NCBI GenBank assembly: GCA_002103105.1
Contig: DAAY01000004.1
Location: 27,746-91,745 of the forward strand
Direction: 5' to 3'
Length of the DNA stretch: 64,000 nucleotides
Source of the DNA: Candidatus Gastranaerophilales bacterium HUM_1
GTDB lineage: Bacteria; Cyanobacteriota; Vampirovibrionia; Gastranaerophilales; Gastranaerophilaceae
Every line of letters begins with the position of its first letter. Position 1 is the stretch's first letter. A program made the position numbers and the translations under genes. This document shows, piece by piece, positions 39,001-48,077 of the stretch. Below the pieces are notes generated by a model. It saw only the letters and a program-made list of their open reading frames with translations, was not told the origin of the DNA and did not search any database.

Positions 39001-41995
39001 GCATGAAAAACTTACCGATTTGCACGACTCAATCCATGAGGATTTAACCAACAATCCTAAAATTACAAGAACTTCTTATGAAAATTTTGAAAACACATAT
39101 GACAAAATTTCTGAAAGATTAACCTCAACAGAAAATAATTTGAGAGATTTTATCTTAGGAGATGTTGATTCTATAATAATTAAAATTGATTCTCTAAAAA
39201 CCGAATTAGAAGACCAACTAAATAGAATTGCTCCTCCAGATGCTGCTCATATGGCAGAATTCCACAAATTTATTGATGAAATAAATGTTTTCAAACAAGA
39301 ACAAAAAGATTTACTAGCAAATACAGCAGAAGACATCAAAACATCTCTTGCTGAAAAGATGGAAGACCAACACGACGAAATAAAATCTCTTTTGACTGTT
39401 GCCGTTAACAATGAAGAAATCATCAATGCAATTGAAGATTTAAAAAAATGTTTCAAATCACGAATTAAAGCACTTGCAGAAAATAAAGAAGAAGAAAAAT
39501 CTGATGAATTTGCAACAAATGAATTTGAGGAAGCTTTTGAAGAAAATACCAAAACCGCTCAAGTTATTGCTGATATTAAACAAGACTTCAACAGATTTTC
39601 GGATTTAATTAATGATTTGTCTGGAGAAAATCCAGAAATAGAGGACGTTCTAAATACTATTAAAAACAAAATCGACACAATTACTATTGTTAGACCCGAA
39701 AAAAATGACGATGAGAATTTAACAGATTTTGACATTATAAGAGATGAAAATGATGAAGAACCTCTAGAAGAAAATATTGAAACAATTATCGGAGAAAACA
39801 ATTTTGACTTCATCAAAGCATTTGACTTGTTAAAACAAGATATTACAAAACTTCGTACAGACGTAGAAAAAGCAATTCCTCAAGATGGGAATAAACCCGC
39901 AATTTCTTCTCTATCTTCAATTCCAAAACTTGGAAATGACAATCTATTAATTAATCTTAATAACAAAATTGATGATTTATCTAAAGAACTTAATAAAGAT
40001 TGGCTTGAAGAAATCAAGGGATACATTGCAGGTAGTGAAATTCAGTCAATGTTAGAAGATATTAGTGGAAAAATTGACATACTTACGCTAACAGATAATT
40101 CTGAATGGATTGAGGACATCAAAAATACCCTTCAAAATTTAAACACATCAGAGATTTCTGGAGAACCAAATAAAGAAATCCAAGAGATGCTTAAATTGAT
40201 AAGTCAAAAAATTGATATTTTGGCATCTTCAGACGATTACGAACTTATTGAAGATGTTAGAGATTCAATTGAAACCTCAGAAGAAATTAAAGAAACATTA
40301 AATCTTCTAGATAAAAAAGTAGATATTATTGCAACGTCAAATAACAACGAGGAAATTGAAGATATTCAAGATTCCTTAGAAAATATTGAATCTAAAATCG
40401 ATATTATTTCTCAAACTGACAACACTGAAAGTTTTGATGATATTCAAAACTCTTTAGAAAATATTGAATCTAAAATCGATATTATTTCTCAAACTGACAA
40501 CACTGAAAATTTTGATGATATTCAAAATTCTTTAGAGAATATTGAATCAAAAATTGATATAATTTCTCAATCTGAGGACAGTACAACTTTAGAAGAAATT
40601 GATAATTTGAAACATCAACTTACAAATTTAAGTGAAAAAGTTGATATTGTTGCTCAAACTGATTATTCAAACGATTTGGACGAAATCAGAGATTATATTT
40701 ATGGATTAGAAGACAAGCTTTCAGATATTTATACAAAAACAAAACCTATTGAAGAAAACGTTAGAAAACTATCAGCGTCAGATGCAAAATTAACATCAAT
40801 GCTTGAAACTCTTAATCACAAAATTGATGAGATATTTACAAATAACAATGCAAATTCTCAAAAAGAGTTTGAAGACATTAAGCATTTAATCTTCGCTCAA
40901 TCTGATTTTATCAAGAACTTTGAGAATAATAGCAAAACAGAAGCTTTCAAGAAATGTTTGAAAGAGTTAACTCTAGAAGTCAACAACTTAAACATAAATT
41001 CTCACACCGAAACAAAACAAGTTCAAAAATCATTGAAAGAAATGAAAGAATCAATCATGGCAGCAGTTGTAACCATTTTCAACCAAGTTTCTTTCATTGA
41101 AGAATCCGAAGATATTAAAGATTTTGTAGAAGAACGTACAGACGAAATCAATCAAAACTTGGAAGAAGTTACAAAACAATTGAAACAAATCACAAGTTCA
41201 ACTGATGAAACTGATTACAACTACTCTATGCAAGATATTGAATCTGATTTAGCGAAACTTAGATTGGCTCTTAATGAACTTCAAAATAATGAACTTGAAA
41301 ATCAATCAAGTGAACTTGCAAATATTGCAGATAATGTCTATAGAATCACTTCAACCGTTGAAGAACTTCAAAATTCAATGACTCAAGATGAAATAAAAGA
41401 TATTAAATCTGAAATTTTTACCTTGAGAGAACAAACTCAAAAGATTTTAGCTTCGTCTGATGAATCGTATAATGCAATCAATACTGGACTTGAAGGCTTT
41501 AGTAAAGTTATTACAAATCACTTAACTGATAAAGTCGATAAAGTTACTGAAATGTTAGAAAAATCCTCTGTATCTGATAAAGTTATGCGTCAAGCTCTTA
41601 TCTATATGGGAGAATGGATTGATTCAGCAAGCGAAAGTATTGATAAAATTTCATCAAATGCTGAAGAAATTGTTGATGTTAAAAATACAATTGAGAAATT
41701 GAAAAAAGAAATCCCAGAACAAACAGATATTTTAAATTCAATAGAAGAAAAGTTTGATGAACAACAAGAAAGATTAAGTTACTTTGAAAAACAAATATCT
41801 AAACTTGGAAATCTTGAAGAAAAATTTGAACAACAAGAAGAAAGAATTGATAGATTAGAAATGACAATTGAAAAAATCCTTTCTGCGGTCGAAGATATTG
41901 ATGATTCAAAAGTAAACAAGAAAATCGATAAACTAGACAAACAATTAGCAAAACTAAGTATTAATATAGAGAAACTAACAGCATATGTTGACTGA
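36098..41995 (+). CDS. giant acidic coiled-coil protein, 1965 aa
   Basis: Single uninterrupted ORF. Glu/Lys/Asn/Ile/Leu/Asp-rich with very few Gly/Pro/aromatics, no signal peptide or TM segment, heptad-like periodicity throughout, internal tandem repeats. Confidence 0.7.
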   Translation: MAQELELIVDLLKEMKRVNSTNMEGFDRLLANISNRLDSLDGNVASAELLKAYLGELTKKVEEKYSTTITKFSDIEQALRSIFLDQQEHVRNKDMKELFDIFSKNMNGFYTEAKQQKALLSGIESRLSDLSNNKSDKEDILRTITLLRNDFENLNHAYKNTIDEVNSNLKGILTNLIKMDQTAINTEMKEQLDILYKATSDIVNVLKAIDEKDAQIEKVLANVATSENLKIAQGVLDSIIEKTIDISSSIGNLADKKDIEGLQAAAVIMNNKLDETSTKEDFSKINLKTESLLTQTEEVKQTLADVTKNIEKLPNTTQLEEALAGIFQDTKKLQEDIESANIKNEVNSIEEKVNSLTDELTTVKNIIEDISEILTSKILSSIEQISFENEVYDIKEHVSNMVAQLPQKEDIERILEEHHAHNKALNSILEKTDVIQDKLDNLPTHQDMEILNNNQLGLIENLQAVATKEDFEALSTKSDNLEEKLENLNFDNEFENIYDKTSSIEEWLEKSKIKEKTEEITEKLEAKSEQKDLLELLNLTKNIIKELEELSENADVKKVNRTVADIYQMIDELKTDLMNTQEMHNDSIIVQLSELQKTISNVVTAEEFSKFIDELKDFIQRILNHTEKLASDFGDVKKLQDDIIFKLDNIDISNIENTIQKNIESASSNLKQTIEKKHEDLSEKVSNIDTKLITISEYLNNGIKLDDATLKTTIKEIREILQNKKSSFDNIEKDTNSVVEDVHKYVNEIKNLLGSSNKDISNDVKEKLTNLENLIVSYKAFNENHFEKILDRLSAYENLAGATSLPSSEIAGSISELGEIKDQIIQLGETFNSLTKVENITDKDISSFISDKLNELGENLNELSNNVENGIQQGFAYNAELIEEKTTIILGFIKELRHASTEDIDLFERLTVTDNKLMDLQQELELINTDVINGLTSKTTTLIEELAPIKELIRVLKQNNDQITKQEVHEKLTDLHDSIHEDLTNNPKITRTSYENFENTYDKISERLTSTENNLRDFILGDVDSIIIKIDSLKTELEDQLNRIAPPDAAHMAEFHKFIDEINVFKQEQKDLLANTAEDIKTSLAEKMEDQHDEIKSLLTVAVNNEEIINAIEDLKKCFKSRIKALAENKEEEKSDEFATNEFEEAFEENTKTAQVIADIKQDFNRFSDLINDLSGENPEIEDVLNTIKNKIDTITIVRPEKNDDENLTDFDIIRDENDEEPLEENIETIIGENNFDFIKAFDLLKQDITKLRTDVEKAIPQDGNKPAISSLSSIPKLGNDNLLINLNNKIDDLSKELNKDWLEEIKGYIAGSEIQSMLEDISGKIDILTLTDNSEWIEDIKNTLQNLNTSEISGEPNKEIQEMLKLISQKIDILASSDDYELIEDVRDSIETSEEIKETLNLLDKKVDIIATSNNNEEIEDIQDSLENIESKIDIISQTDNTESFDDIQNSLENIESKIDIISQTDNTENFDDIQNSLENIESKIDIISQSEDSTTLEEIDNLKHQLTNLSEKVDIVAQTDYSNDLDEIRDYIYGLEDKLSDIYTKTKPIEENVRKLSASDAKLTSMLETLNHKIDEIFTNNNANSQKEFEDIKHLIFAQSDFIKNFENNSKTEAFKKCLKELTLEVNNLNINSHTETKQVQKSLKEMKESIMAAVVTIFNQVSFIEESEDIKDFVEERTDEINQNLEEVTKQLKQITSSTDETDYNYSMQDIESDLAKLRLALNELQNNELENQSSELANIADNVYRITSTVEELQNSMTQDEIKDIKSEIFTLREQTQKILASSDESYNAINTGLEGFSKVITNHLTDKVDKVTEMLEKSSVSDKVMRQALIYMGEWIDSASESIDKISSNAEEIVDVKNTIEKLKKEIPEQTDILNSIEEKFDEQQERLSYFEKQISKLGNLEEKFEQQEERIDRLEMTIEKILSAVEDIDDSKVNKKIDKLDKQLAKLSINIEKLTAYVD
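40361..40580 (+). repeat. in-frame 78-bp tandem repeat (about 2.8 copies) inside the giant gene
   Basis: Units start at 40361, 40439 and 40517, encoding DIQ(D/N)SLENIESKIDIISQTDNTE(S/N)FD. Flanked by more diverged repeats of the same 25-26-aa pattern (..IEDI...L..I..KIDI....D...). Confidence 0.85.
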
Positions 41996-43367
41996 TAATT
42001 TGATAAAAGAATTGAATAAAGCACTACCGAAAGAAAATATACTCTCAGATGAAGCAGAACGGTATGTTTATTCTTTTGATGCGTCAAATAATCAACAAAA
42101 TAAAGCTCTTCCCGATGCGGTTGTATTTGTTGAAAATATTGAACAAGTGCTAAAAGTCGTAAAAATTGCAAACGAACAAATGACACCTATAATTTGTAGA
42201 GGGGCGGGAACAAATACCGTTGGAGCCTGTGTTCCAACACACGGAGGGATTGTTCTAAATTTCTCTAAAATGAATAAAATTTTAGAAATAAATCCAGAAA
42301 ATATGACCGCAAGAGTTCAACCTGGAGTTGTCGTTGGGGATTTACAAAAAGCAGTAGAAAAACAAGGACTTTTTTATCCTCCAGACCCATCAAATCTTAA
42401 AATTTCAACAATTGGGGGCAGTATTGCACAAAATTCAGCAGGGGCAAGATGCTTTAAATACGGAGCAACAAAAGATTACATAATTGATATGCTTGTTGTT
42501 ATGGCTAACGGAGAACTCATACGAACAGGTTCTAATACCATTAAAAATGCCACTGGCTACAATTTAGGAAGTATTTTCATTGGTTCTGAAGGGACTCTTG
42601 GAATTGTTGTTGAAGCAACGATTAAATTAATTCCCAAACCAGAAGAAACACAAGTAATTATGGCATATTTTGATACCGTAGAAGATTCAATTTATGCCGT
42701 TAATAAAATCATCGAAAAACAAGTTTTTCCTGCAACGATTGACTTTATGGACAAAAATGCAATCCAAACAGTAGAAAAATTTTATCCAACAGGATTACTT
42801 TGTGATAAAGAATCGGCATTAATTATTGAATTAGATGGTTACAACACTGAAATATCAAGACAAAGAGAAACTATTTGCGAAATTCTTAGGACAAACAATG
42901 CCGCAAACATTCAATATTCTCGAACAAAAGAAGAAGCAGAACATATTTGGGCAGCAAGACGTTCTTCTATGGCTGCTTGTACAAAACTCAAGCCGAATGT
43001 AACAACAGACGACATTATTGTTCCTCGTTCAAATCTTGCAAAACTGGTTAAAGGTGTCCAAGATATTTGTACAAGACACAATCTTACAGTTTGCCTTGTT
43101 GGACATGTTGGAGATGGCAGTGTTCATCCTCAAATACCTATTGACTACAACAATAAAGATGAATACAAACATTATAAAATTGCGAAATCCGAAATTTACC
43201 AACTAACAGCAAGACTTGGAGGAATTATTTCTGGAGAACACGGAATAGGTTTAGAAAAAAAAGCTTACATTTCTCAAGTTGTTGATGGAGGAGCGTTAGG
43301 TTATATGCGACAAATCAAAAAAATCTTTGACCCTAAAAATATCCTCAACCCATACAAAATTTTCTAA
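41985..43367 (+). CDS. FAD-linked oxidase (GlcD / D-lactate dehydrogenase family)
   Basis: PCMH-type FAD-binding domain (ICRGAGTNTVGACVP, GGSIAQNSAG, GSEGTLGIVVEATIKL) and C-terminal GEHGIGLEK. The ATG overlaps the end of the giant gene by 11 nt. Confidence 0.8.
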   Translation: MLTDNLIKELNKALPKENILSDEAERYVYSFDASNNQQNKALPDAVVFVENIEQVLKVVKIANEQMTPIICRGAGTNTVGACVPTHGGIVLNFSKMNKILEINPENMTARVQPGVVVGDLQKAVEKQGLFYPPDPSNLKISTIGGSIAQNSAGARCFKYGATKDYIIDMLVVMANGELIRTGSNTIKNATGYNLGSIFIGSEGTLGIVVEATIKLIPKPEETQVIMAYFDTVEDSIYAVNKIIEKQVFPATIDFMDKNAIQTVEKFYPTGLLCDKESALIIELDGYNTEISRQRETICEILRTNNAANIQYSRTKEEAEHIWAARRSSMAACTKLKPNVTTDDIIVPRSNLAKLVKGVQDICTRHNLTVCLVGHVGDGSVHPQIPIDYNNKDEYKHYKIAKSEIYQLTARLGGIISGEHGIGLEKKAYISQVVDGGALGYMRQIKKIFDPKNILNPYKIF

Positions 43368-43610
43368 TTATAGAGAAAACGTCAATAATTCGGACAAATT
43401 AACTCCTAATGCCTCCGCAATTTTTACCAATGTAGAATATTTTGGGTCAATAGTTCCGCATTCAATACGACTAATTGTTCTTGTCGTCAATCCTGTTTTC
43501 AAAGACAAATCCAATTGAGATAAGCCCTGTTTGCTTCTCTCATATTTAATCTTATATCCCAATTTCAAAAAATCTGCCTTATCCATTTCATTATGATATA
43601 TTATTGACAA
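43368..43610 (-). CDS. XRE-family helix-turn-helix transcriptional regulator
   Basis: 80 aa. IKYERSKQGLSQLDLSLKTGLTTRTISRIECGTIDPKYSTLVKIAEALGV is a classic Cro/C1 HTH. Confidence 0.7.
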   Translation of the reverse strand: MSIIYHNEMDKADFLKLGYKIKYERSKQGLSQLDLSLKTGLTTRTISRIECGTIDPKYSTLVKIAEALGVNLSELLTFSL

Positions 43611-43674
43611 AAATTAAGCGATATACTATACTTACTTTATTAGACATAAAGTATATATTATAGTAAGGTTTTAT

Positions 43675-44367
43675 ATGAAGAAAATTAGAGCATTCACACT
43701 TGCAGAAGTACTAATTACCATTGGAATAATAGGAGTTGTCGCAGCAATGACAATTCCAAATCTTCTAACAAAAATGGATAGAGATAAAAAAATTGCAACA
43801 GTTCGAAAAGCTCAATCAATTCTAAGCCAAGCAATAAAACTATCGACAATTGACAATGAAGATTATGAAGCTTGGGATACAAGCCTACCTCCAAGGGAAT
43901 ATTTGGACAAATATTACACCCCATACATGAAAGTTATTGCATATTGCGACACATATGCAAAGTGCAACTATAAAAGTGCGGATCCATGGTCCAGATACAA
44001 TGGAAGTAATTCATATATTGGATTTAACGCATATAGCAGAATTCCAATATTTACTCTCGATGGAATTTTATATTCAATTTCCCAAACAGGAGGAAGCAAT
44101 GATCAAGATGACAATGGAATTTATGATTTTAACTATATTGGCTCAAATGGTGTTTTTATCGATGTAAACGGACCTAAGAAACCTAACAGATTTGGAAATG
44201 ATGTTTTCATGCTAGTAAGAAACCAAGATGGCTCTGTTATGCCTTTAGGCTATAACCTTCCTGATAGCAAAATTAATCAAGATTGCTCCAAACAAGGAAA
44301 ATGCTTATATTGTGCAGAAAAATTAAGAAGAAATGGATGGAAATCAACTAACAATTATCCTTGGTAA
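43675..44367 (+). CDS. prepilin-type N-terminal cleavage/methylation domain protein (pilin/pseudopilin-like)
   Basis: MKKIRA|FTLAEVLITIGIIGVVAAMTIPNLL with Glu at +5. The C-terminal region has four Cys. Confidence 0.75.
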   Translation: MKKIRAFTLAEVLITIGIIGVVAAMTIPNLLTKMDRDKKIATVRKAQSILSQAIKLSTIDNEDYEAWDTSLPPREYLDKYYTPYMKVIAYCDTYAKCNYKSADPWSRYNGSNSYIGFNAYSRIPIFTLDGILYSISQTGGSNDQDDNGIYDFNYIGSNGVFIDVNGPKKPNRFGNDVFMLVRNQDGSVMPLGYNLPDSKINQDCSKQGKCLYCAEKLRRNGWKSTNNYPW

Positions 44368-44454
44368 AATCCAACCAAACTCGCAAACTTGAAAACCGTT
44401 TATCCTTGTGTTATCCTTATCTTGCTAAAAATTTTTTAAAGAAAGAAGGCTAAA

Positions 44455-45918
44455 ATGTCAGAAGTAAGAGTAAGAATTGCACCATCCCCAAGTGGTAATT
44501 TACACATCGGGACTGCAAGAACTGCACTGTTTAACTATTTATTCGCTAAAAAAATGGGCGGAAAATTCATATTAAGAATTGAAGATACTGATGCTGAAAG
44601 AACTTCTCAAGAATATATTGATAACATTTTTGACAGTTTGAAAGCTTTAGGTCTAAATTGGGACGAAGGTCCAGATGTTGGTGGTCCTTATGGTCCATAT
44701 ACTCAATCTCAAAGATTTGATATTTATCCAAAATATGTTCAACAACTTCTAGATTCTGGATTTGCTTATGAATGTTTCTGTACTCCAGAAGAACTTGAAC
44801 AAGAAAAAGAAGAAGCAACTAAGGCGAAAAAACCTTATGTTTATTCTAAAAAATGCGAAAACCTAACAGAAGAAGAAAAAGCAAAATTGAGAGCAGAAGG
44901 AAGAAAACCGGCAATCAGATTCAATATCGCTAAAGCTCAAAAAGCTTTTCACGATTCTTCTATTTTAAAATTTGACGATGTTGTTAAAGGTGAATTACAT
45001 ATGGATACAGACCTATTAGGCGACTTTGTAATTCAAAAATCAAACGGAGCACCAACTTACAACTTTGCAGTTGTAATTGACGATGCGTTGATGAAAATTT
45101 CTCACGTAATACGTGGAGAAGACCATATCTCTAATACATACAAACAAATTTTAATCTTTGAAGCTTTAGGTTTTGAAGTTCCTAAATTTGGACACTTAGG
45201 AATGATTTTAGCACCAGATAGAAGCAAATTGTCAAAACGTCACGGTGCAACAGCTGTTTCTGATTTCGTTAAACAAGGTTACTTAACAGATGCATTGATT
45301 AACTTTGTTGCGTTATTAGGATGGTCACCATCTGATGGTGAAGAAATTAAGTCAGTTGATGAAATCGCAAAAGATTTCAGACTTAATGAAATTTCTTCTT
45401 CTAACTCAATTTTTGAATATGATAAATTGAAATGGATGAACAGCCACTATATCAAAATGCTTCCAATGGAAGAATTGAAAGAAAGATTGAAACCATATTT
45501 ATCTCAATACAATTTGGATGAATTGACAGATGCTCAATACACAAAAATGGTTGAAATCACAAGAGAACCATTAACATTACTTTCAGATATTACAGATGCT
45601 GTTCCATATTTCTTTGGAAAAGATGTTCATATTGACGAAGAAACTCAAACAAAAACTCTTGATACTGAAGTATCACAAAACGTATTGAAAGACTTCGTTC
45701 CAAAAGCTCAAACTTGGGATTGGACAGACGAAAATATTCACGAAAAATTGGCTGATTTCAGAGCTGAATGGAAAGAAAAAGGTGTTAAACCAAAAGTTAC
45801 AATGTGGGCAATCAGAGCAGCAATAACAGGTAGAACTTGTGGTGCTGATATGGTTGGTATTCTTGATATTTTAGGAAAAGAAACATCTTTATACAGAGCT
45901 CAAAAAGCTATCAAGTAA
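44455..45918 (+). CDS. gltX: glutamate--tRNA ligase
   Basis: RIAPSPSGNLHIGTARTALFNY (HIGH) and KLSKRHG (KMSKS) motifs. Confidence 0.9.
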   Translation: MSEVRVRIAPSPSGNLHIGTARTALFNYLFAKKMGGKFILRIEDTDAERTSQEYIDNIFDSLKALGLNWDEGPDVGGPYGPYTQSQRFDIYPKYVQQLLDSGFAYECFCTPEELEQEKEEATKAKKPYVYSKKCENLTEEEKAKLRAEGRKPAIRFNIAKAQKAFHDSSILKFDDVVKGELHMDTDLLGDFVIQKSNGAPTYNFAVVIDDALMKISHVIRGEDHISNTYKQILIFEALGFEVPKFGHLGMILAPDRSKLSKRHGATAVSDFVKQGYLTDALINFVALLGWSPSDGEEIKSVDEIAKDFRLNEISSSNSIFEYDKLKWMNSHYIKMLPMEELKERLKPYLSQYNLDELTDAQYTKMVEITREPLTLLSDITDAVPYFFGKDVHIDEETQTKTLDTEVSQNVLKDFVPKAQTWDWTDENIHEKLADFRAEWKEKGVKPKVTMWAIRAAITGRTCGADMVGILDILGKETSLYRAQKAIK

Positions 45919-45942
45919 AACATTACAACAATAATAAAACTC

Positions 45943-45979
45943 AAAAGAACCAAATCTAAATTTTAGACTTGGTTCTTTT
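45943..45979 (+). terminator. intrinsic terminator of gltX
   Basis: AAAAGAACCAAATCTAAA-t-TTTAGACTTGGTTCTTTT followed by T residues. Confidence 0.7.
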
Positions 45980-46090
45980 TTTAAGTGAATTGTGACGAAA
46001 TGTAAACATTTTCCTTTAATCTTTAAAGTTTTGATTACAAAATGTCGTTAACAATTATGCGGTTACGAAAAAGAAAAGAGGTAAAAAAAT

Positions 46091-46312
46091 ATGGAATTTA
46101 AGTTCAATGACTCAACATTATGGGAACACAAAGAAAATTGTGACAGAGAAGCAAACTCCTATATGATTTTATCAAAATCAGATGATGTCAAAGATGTTGA
46201 CATTCAGAATATAATTCAAATTGTCGATGAATCAGGCGAAGAAGTAAGTTGTACTTATGACAAATTCGTTGAGATTTTTGACAATGAAGGACTTGCTGGA
46301 TTTATAATGTAA
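46091..46312 (+). CDS. small acidic hypothetical protein, 73 aa
   Basis: AAGAGG RBS 8 nt upstream and its own terminator downstream. No motif recognised. Confidence 0.4.
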   Translation: MEFKFNDSTLWEHKENCDREANSYMILSKSDDVKDVDIQNIIQIVDESGEEVSCTYDKFVEIFDNEGLAGFIM

Positions 46313-46335
46313 AATAGCTGAAATATGAAAATAGC

Positions 46336-46362
46336 AAAGAGTCACCCGATGGTGACTCTTTT
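46336..46362 (+). terminator. intrinsic terminator
   Basis: AAAGAGTCACC-cgat-GGTGACTCTTT followed by T. Confidence 0.6.
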
Positions 46363-46421
46363 AGATTAATCATAATATTATCTTTACATCTAAACTTAGT
46401 AATTTATGATATTATATTTGT

Positions 46422-47357
46422 ATGGGAAATTTCAAACACTATACCGTAATGAAAAATGAAGCTGTTGATGCTTTGGACTGTAAAGATGGTCTTATATACG
46501 TTGACTGCACTCTCGGAGGAGGAGGACACAGCGAACTCATCTTAAAAAGAATTCAGCCAAATGGAAAATTAATTGCGTTTGACATTGATCAAGATGCAAT
46601 TGATGCAGCATCTGAAAGACTTAAAGATTATAAAAACTTAACAATAGTAAAAAGTTCTTATACAAACATTAAACAAGTACTAAAAGATTTAGGTATAGAA
46701 AAAATCACAGGCGGAATTTTGTTTGATCTAGGAGCATCATATCACCAATTAACAAAACAAGAACGAGGTTTTTCTTTTTCAAAAGAAGCTCCTCTTGATA
46801 TGAGATTCAATATGGATTCTGATTTTTCAGCATATGATATTGTCAATGGATATTCCGAAGAAGAATTAGTAAAAATCTTTTCAGAATACGGAGAAGAAAG
46901 ATTTTCAAAAAGAATTGCAAAAGCGATTGTCGAAAAAAGAAAAATTAAACCTCTTCAAACTACAACTGAATTAGCAGAACTAATTGTAAATTCAACACCA
47001 AGAGTTAAAACCTCTATACATCCCGCAACAAGGGTATTTCAAGCTATTAGGATTGAAGTAAACCACGAGTTACAAAATGTTAAAAACACATTAAATGATG
47101 TATTGGATTTATTAGACTTTGGTGCTATAATAAGTGTAATAAGTTTTCACTCTTTAGAGGATAGAGTAGTGAAACAGACATTCAAGTATTATTCTACTCG
47201 TTGCCATTGCGAAAAGAATCAAATGATTTGTCATTGTCCACCTCCAGCTTTGGAGTTGATAAACAAAAAACCGATAATGGCATCAGAAGAAGAAGTACAA
47301 GAAAATCCACCTTCAAGAAGTGCAAAGTTAAGAATTGCAAGGTGTATCAAAAAGTAA
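46422..47357 (+). CDS. rsmH: 16S rRNA (cytosine1402-N4)-methyltransferase
   Basis: HYTVMKNEAVDAL, DCTLGGGGHS, FDLGASYHQL, ISFHSLEDRVVK, NPPSRSAKLR. Confidence 0.9.
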   Translation: MGNFKHYTVMKNEAVDALDCKDGLIYVDCTLGGGGHSELILKRIQPNGKLIAFDIDQDAIDAASERLKDYKNLTIVKSSYTNIKQVLKDLGIEKITGGILFDLGASYHQLTKQERGFSFSKEAPLDMRFNMDSDFSAYDIVNGYSEEELVKIFSEYGEERFSKRIAKAIVEKRKIKPLQTTTELAELIVNSTPRVKTSIHPATRVFQAIRIEVNHELQNVKNTLNDVLDLLDFGAIISVISFHSLEDRVVKQTFKYYSTRCHCEKNQMICHCPPPALELINKKPIMASEEEVQENPPSRSAKLRIARCIKK

Positions 47358-47395
47358 GAGCAATATCAGAAGTTTATTGGTAGGTAGTTTAGGGA

Positions 47396-47881
47396 ATGAT
47401 TTATAATACAGCGAGAGTAAAAATTGAAGAAAAAGATGAGTTACTTTATCAGGGAAGTAACTACACTTCTAATCCTGTTAAAGAAGAGAATTCTGTCATT
47501 GAAGGTTCTTTTTATCAAGCAAAACCGATGACAATTCGTGAAATGGTAACAAGAAAGATTAACAAATCTCTTTGTTGCTGTTTAATGATTACAATTGCGA
47601 TTACTTTTGTTAGTTATTATATCGCAATGAACTACGAAGCAAAAATGAATAATCTTGATAATGAAATAGTAAGATTAAACGCTGAAAATCAAGATTTACA
47701 AGCAGAATTAGATAAATATAAATCATTCAATAATGTAGATAGTAAAATTGGAGAATATAATCTTCTTCAAAAAGCGGATAAAGTTATTGAAGTTACAGCT
47801 TTAAATAATACAAATAAAAAATCAGTAATTAATACAACTAAAACAGCTTCAAGCGGTTTTAACTGGGCTATTGGTTACTAG
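47396..47881 (+). CDS. FtsL-like bitopic cell-division protein (position-based call)
   Basis: Single TM helix (CCCLMITIAITFVSYYIAM) followed by a coiled coil (NLDNEIVRLNAENQDLQAELDKYK). Directly downstream of rsmH, as in dcw clusters. Confidence 0.5.
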   Translation: MIYNTARVKIEEKDELLYQGSNYTSNPVKEENSVIEGSFYQAKPMTIREMVTRKINKSLCCCLMITIAITFVSYYIAMNYEAKMNNLDNEIVRLNAENQDLQAELDKYKSFNNVDSKIGEYNLLQKADKVIEVTALNNTNKKSVINTTKTASSGFNWAIGY

Positions 47882-47900
47882 TATTAAAAAACAATTTGTC

Positions 47901-47937
47901 AAAACAGACCTTGAGTGAAATTTCTCAAGGTCTGTTT
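47901..47937 (+). terminator. intrinsic terminator
   Basis: AAAACAGACCTTGAG-tgaaattt-CTCAAGGTCTGTTTT followed by a T run. Confidence 0.7.
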
Positions 47938-48045
47938 TTTTATTAAATACTTAAAATATGCCTAAAAGAAAAGAAGAATTATCTTTTGAGGAAAAAGCTA
48001 AAAAGTGCTATTTCTCTTTTGAAAGATGGGCTCATTCATATAAAA

Positions 48046-48077
48046 CCCCTCTCCCTAACCCTCTCCCTCGGAGAGGG
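48046..48077 (+). repeat. solo REP-like element CCCCTCTCCC-TAA-CCCTCTCC-CTC-GGAGAGGG
   Basis: Same architecture as 9777-9809 and 56215-56248. Confidence 0.7.

Noticed and set aside
36648-39816. Minus-strand ORFs inside the giant coiled-coil gene (36648-36842, 37096-37299, 39247-39552, 39559-39816)
   Set aside because: They are antisense reverse translations of the Glu/Lys-rich gene (Ser/Phe/Leu-rich), with no signals.
40361-40580. 78-bp tandem repeats as a CRISPR-like or non-coding satellite
   Set aside because: The copies are directly abutting with no spacers, are in frame, and encode a sensible coiled-coil repeat inside a 5.9-kb ORF.
44368-44454. T-box leader upstream of gltX
   Set aside because: The gap is only 87 nt, and I saw no specifier, T-box or terminator-antiterminator structure.
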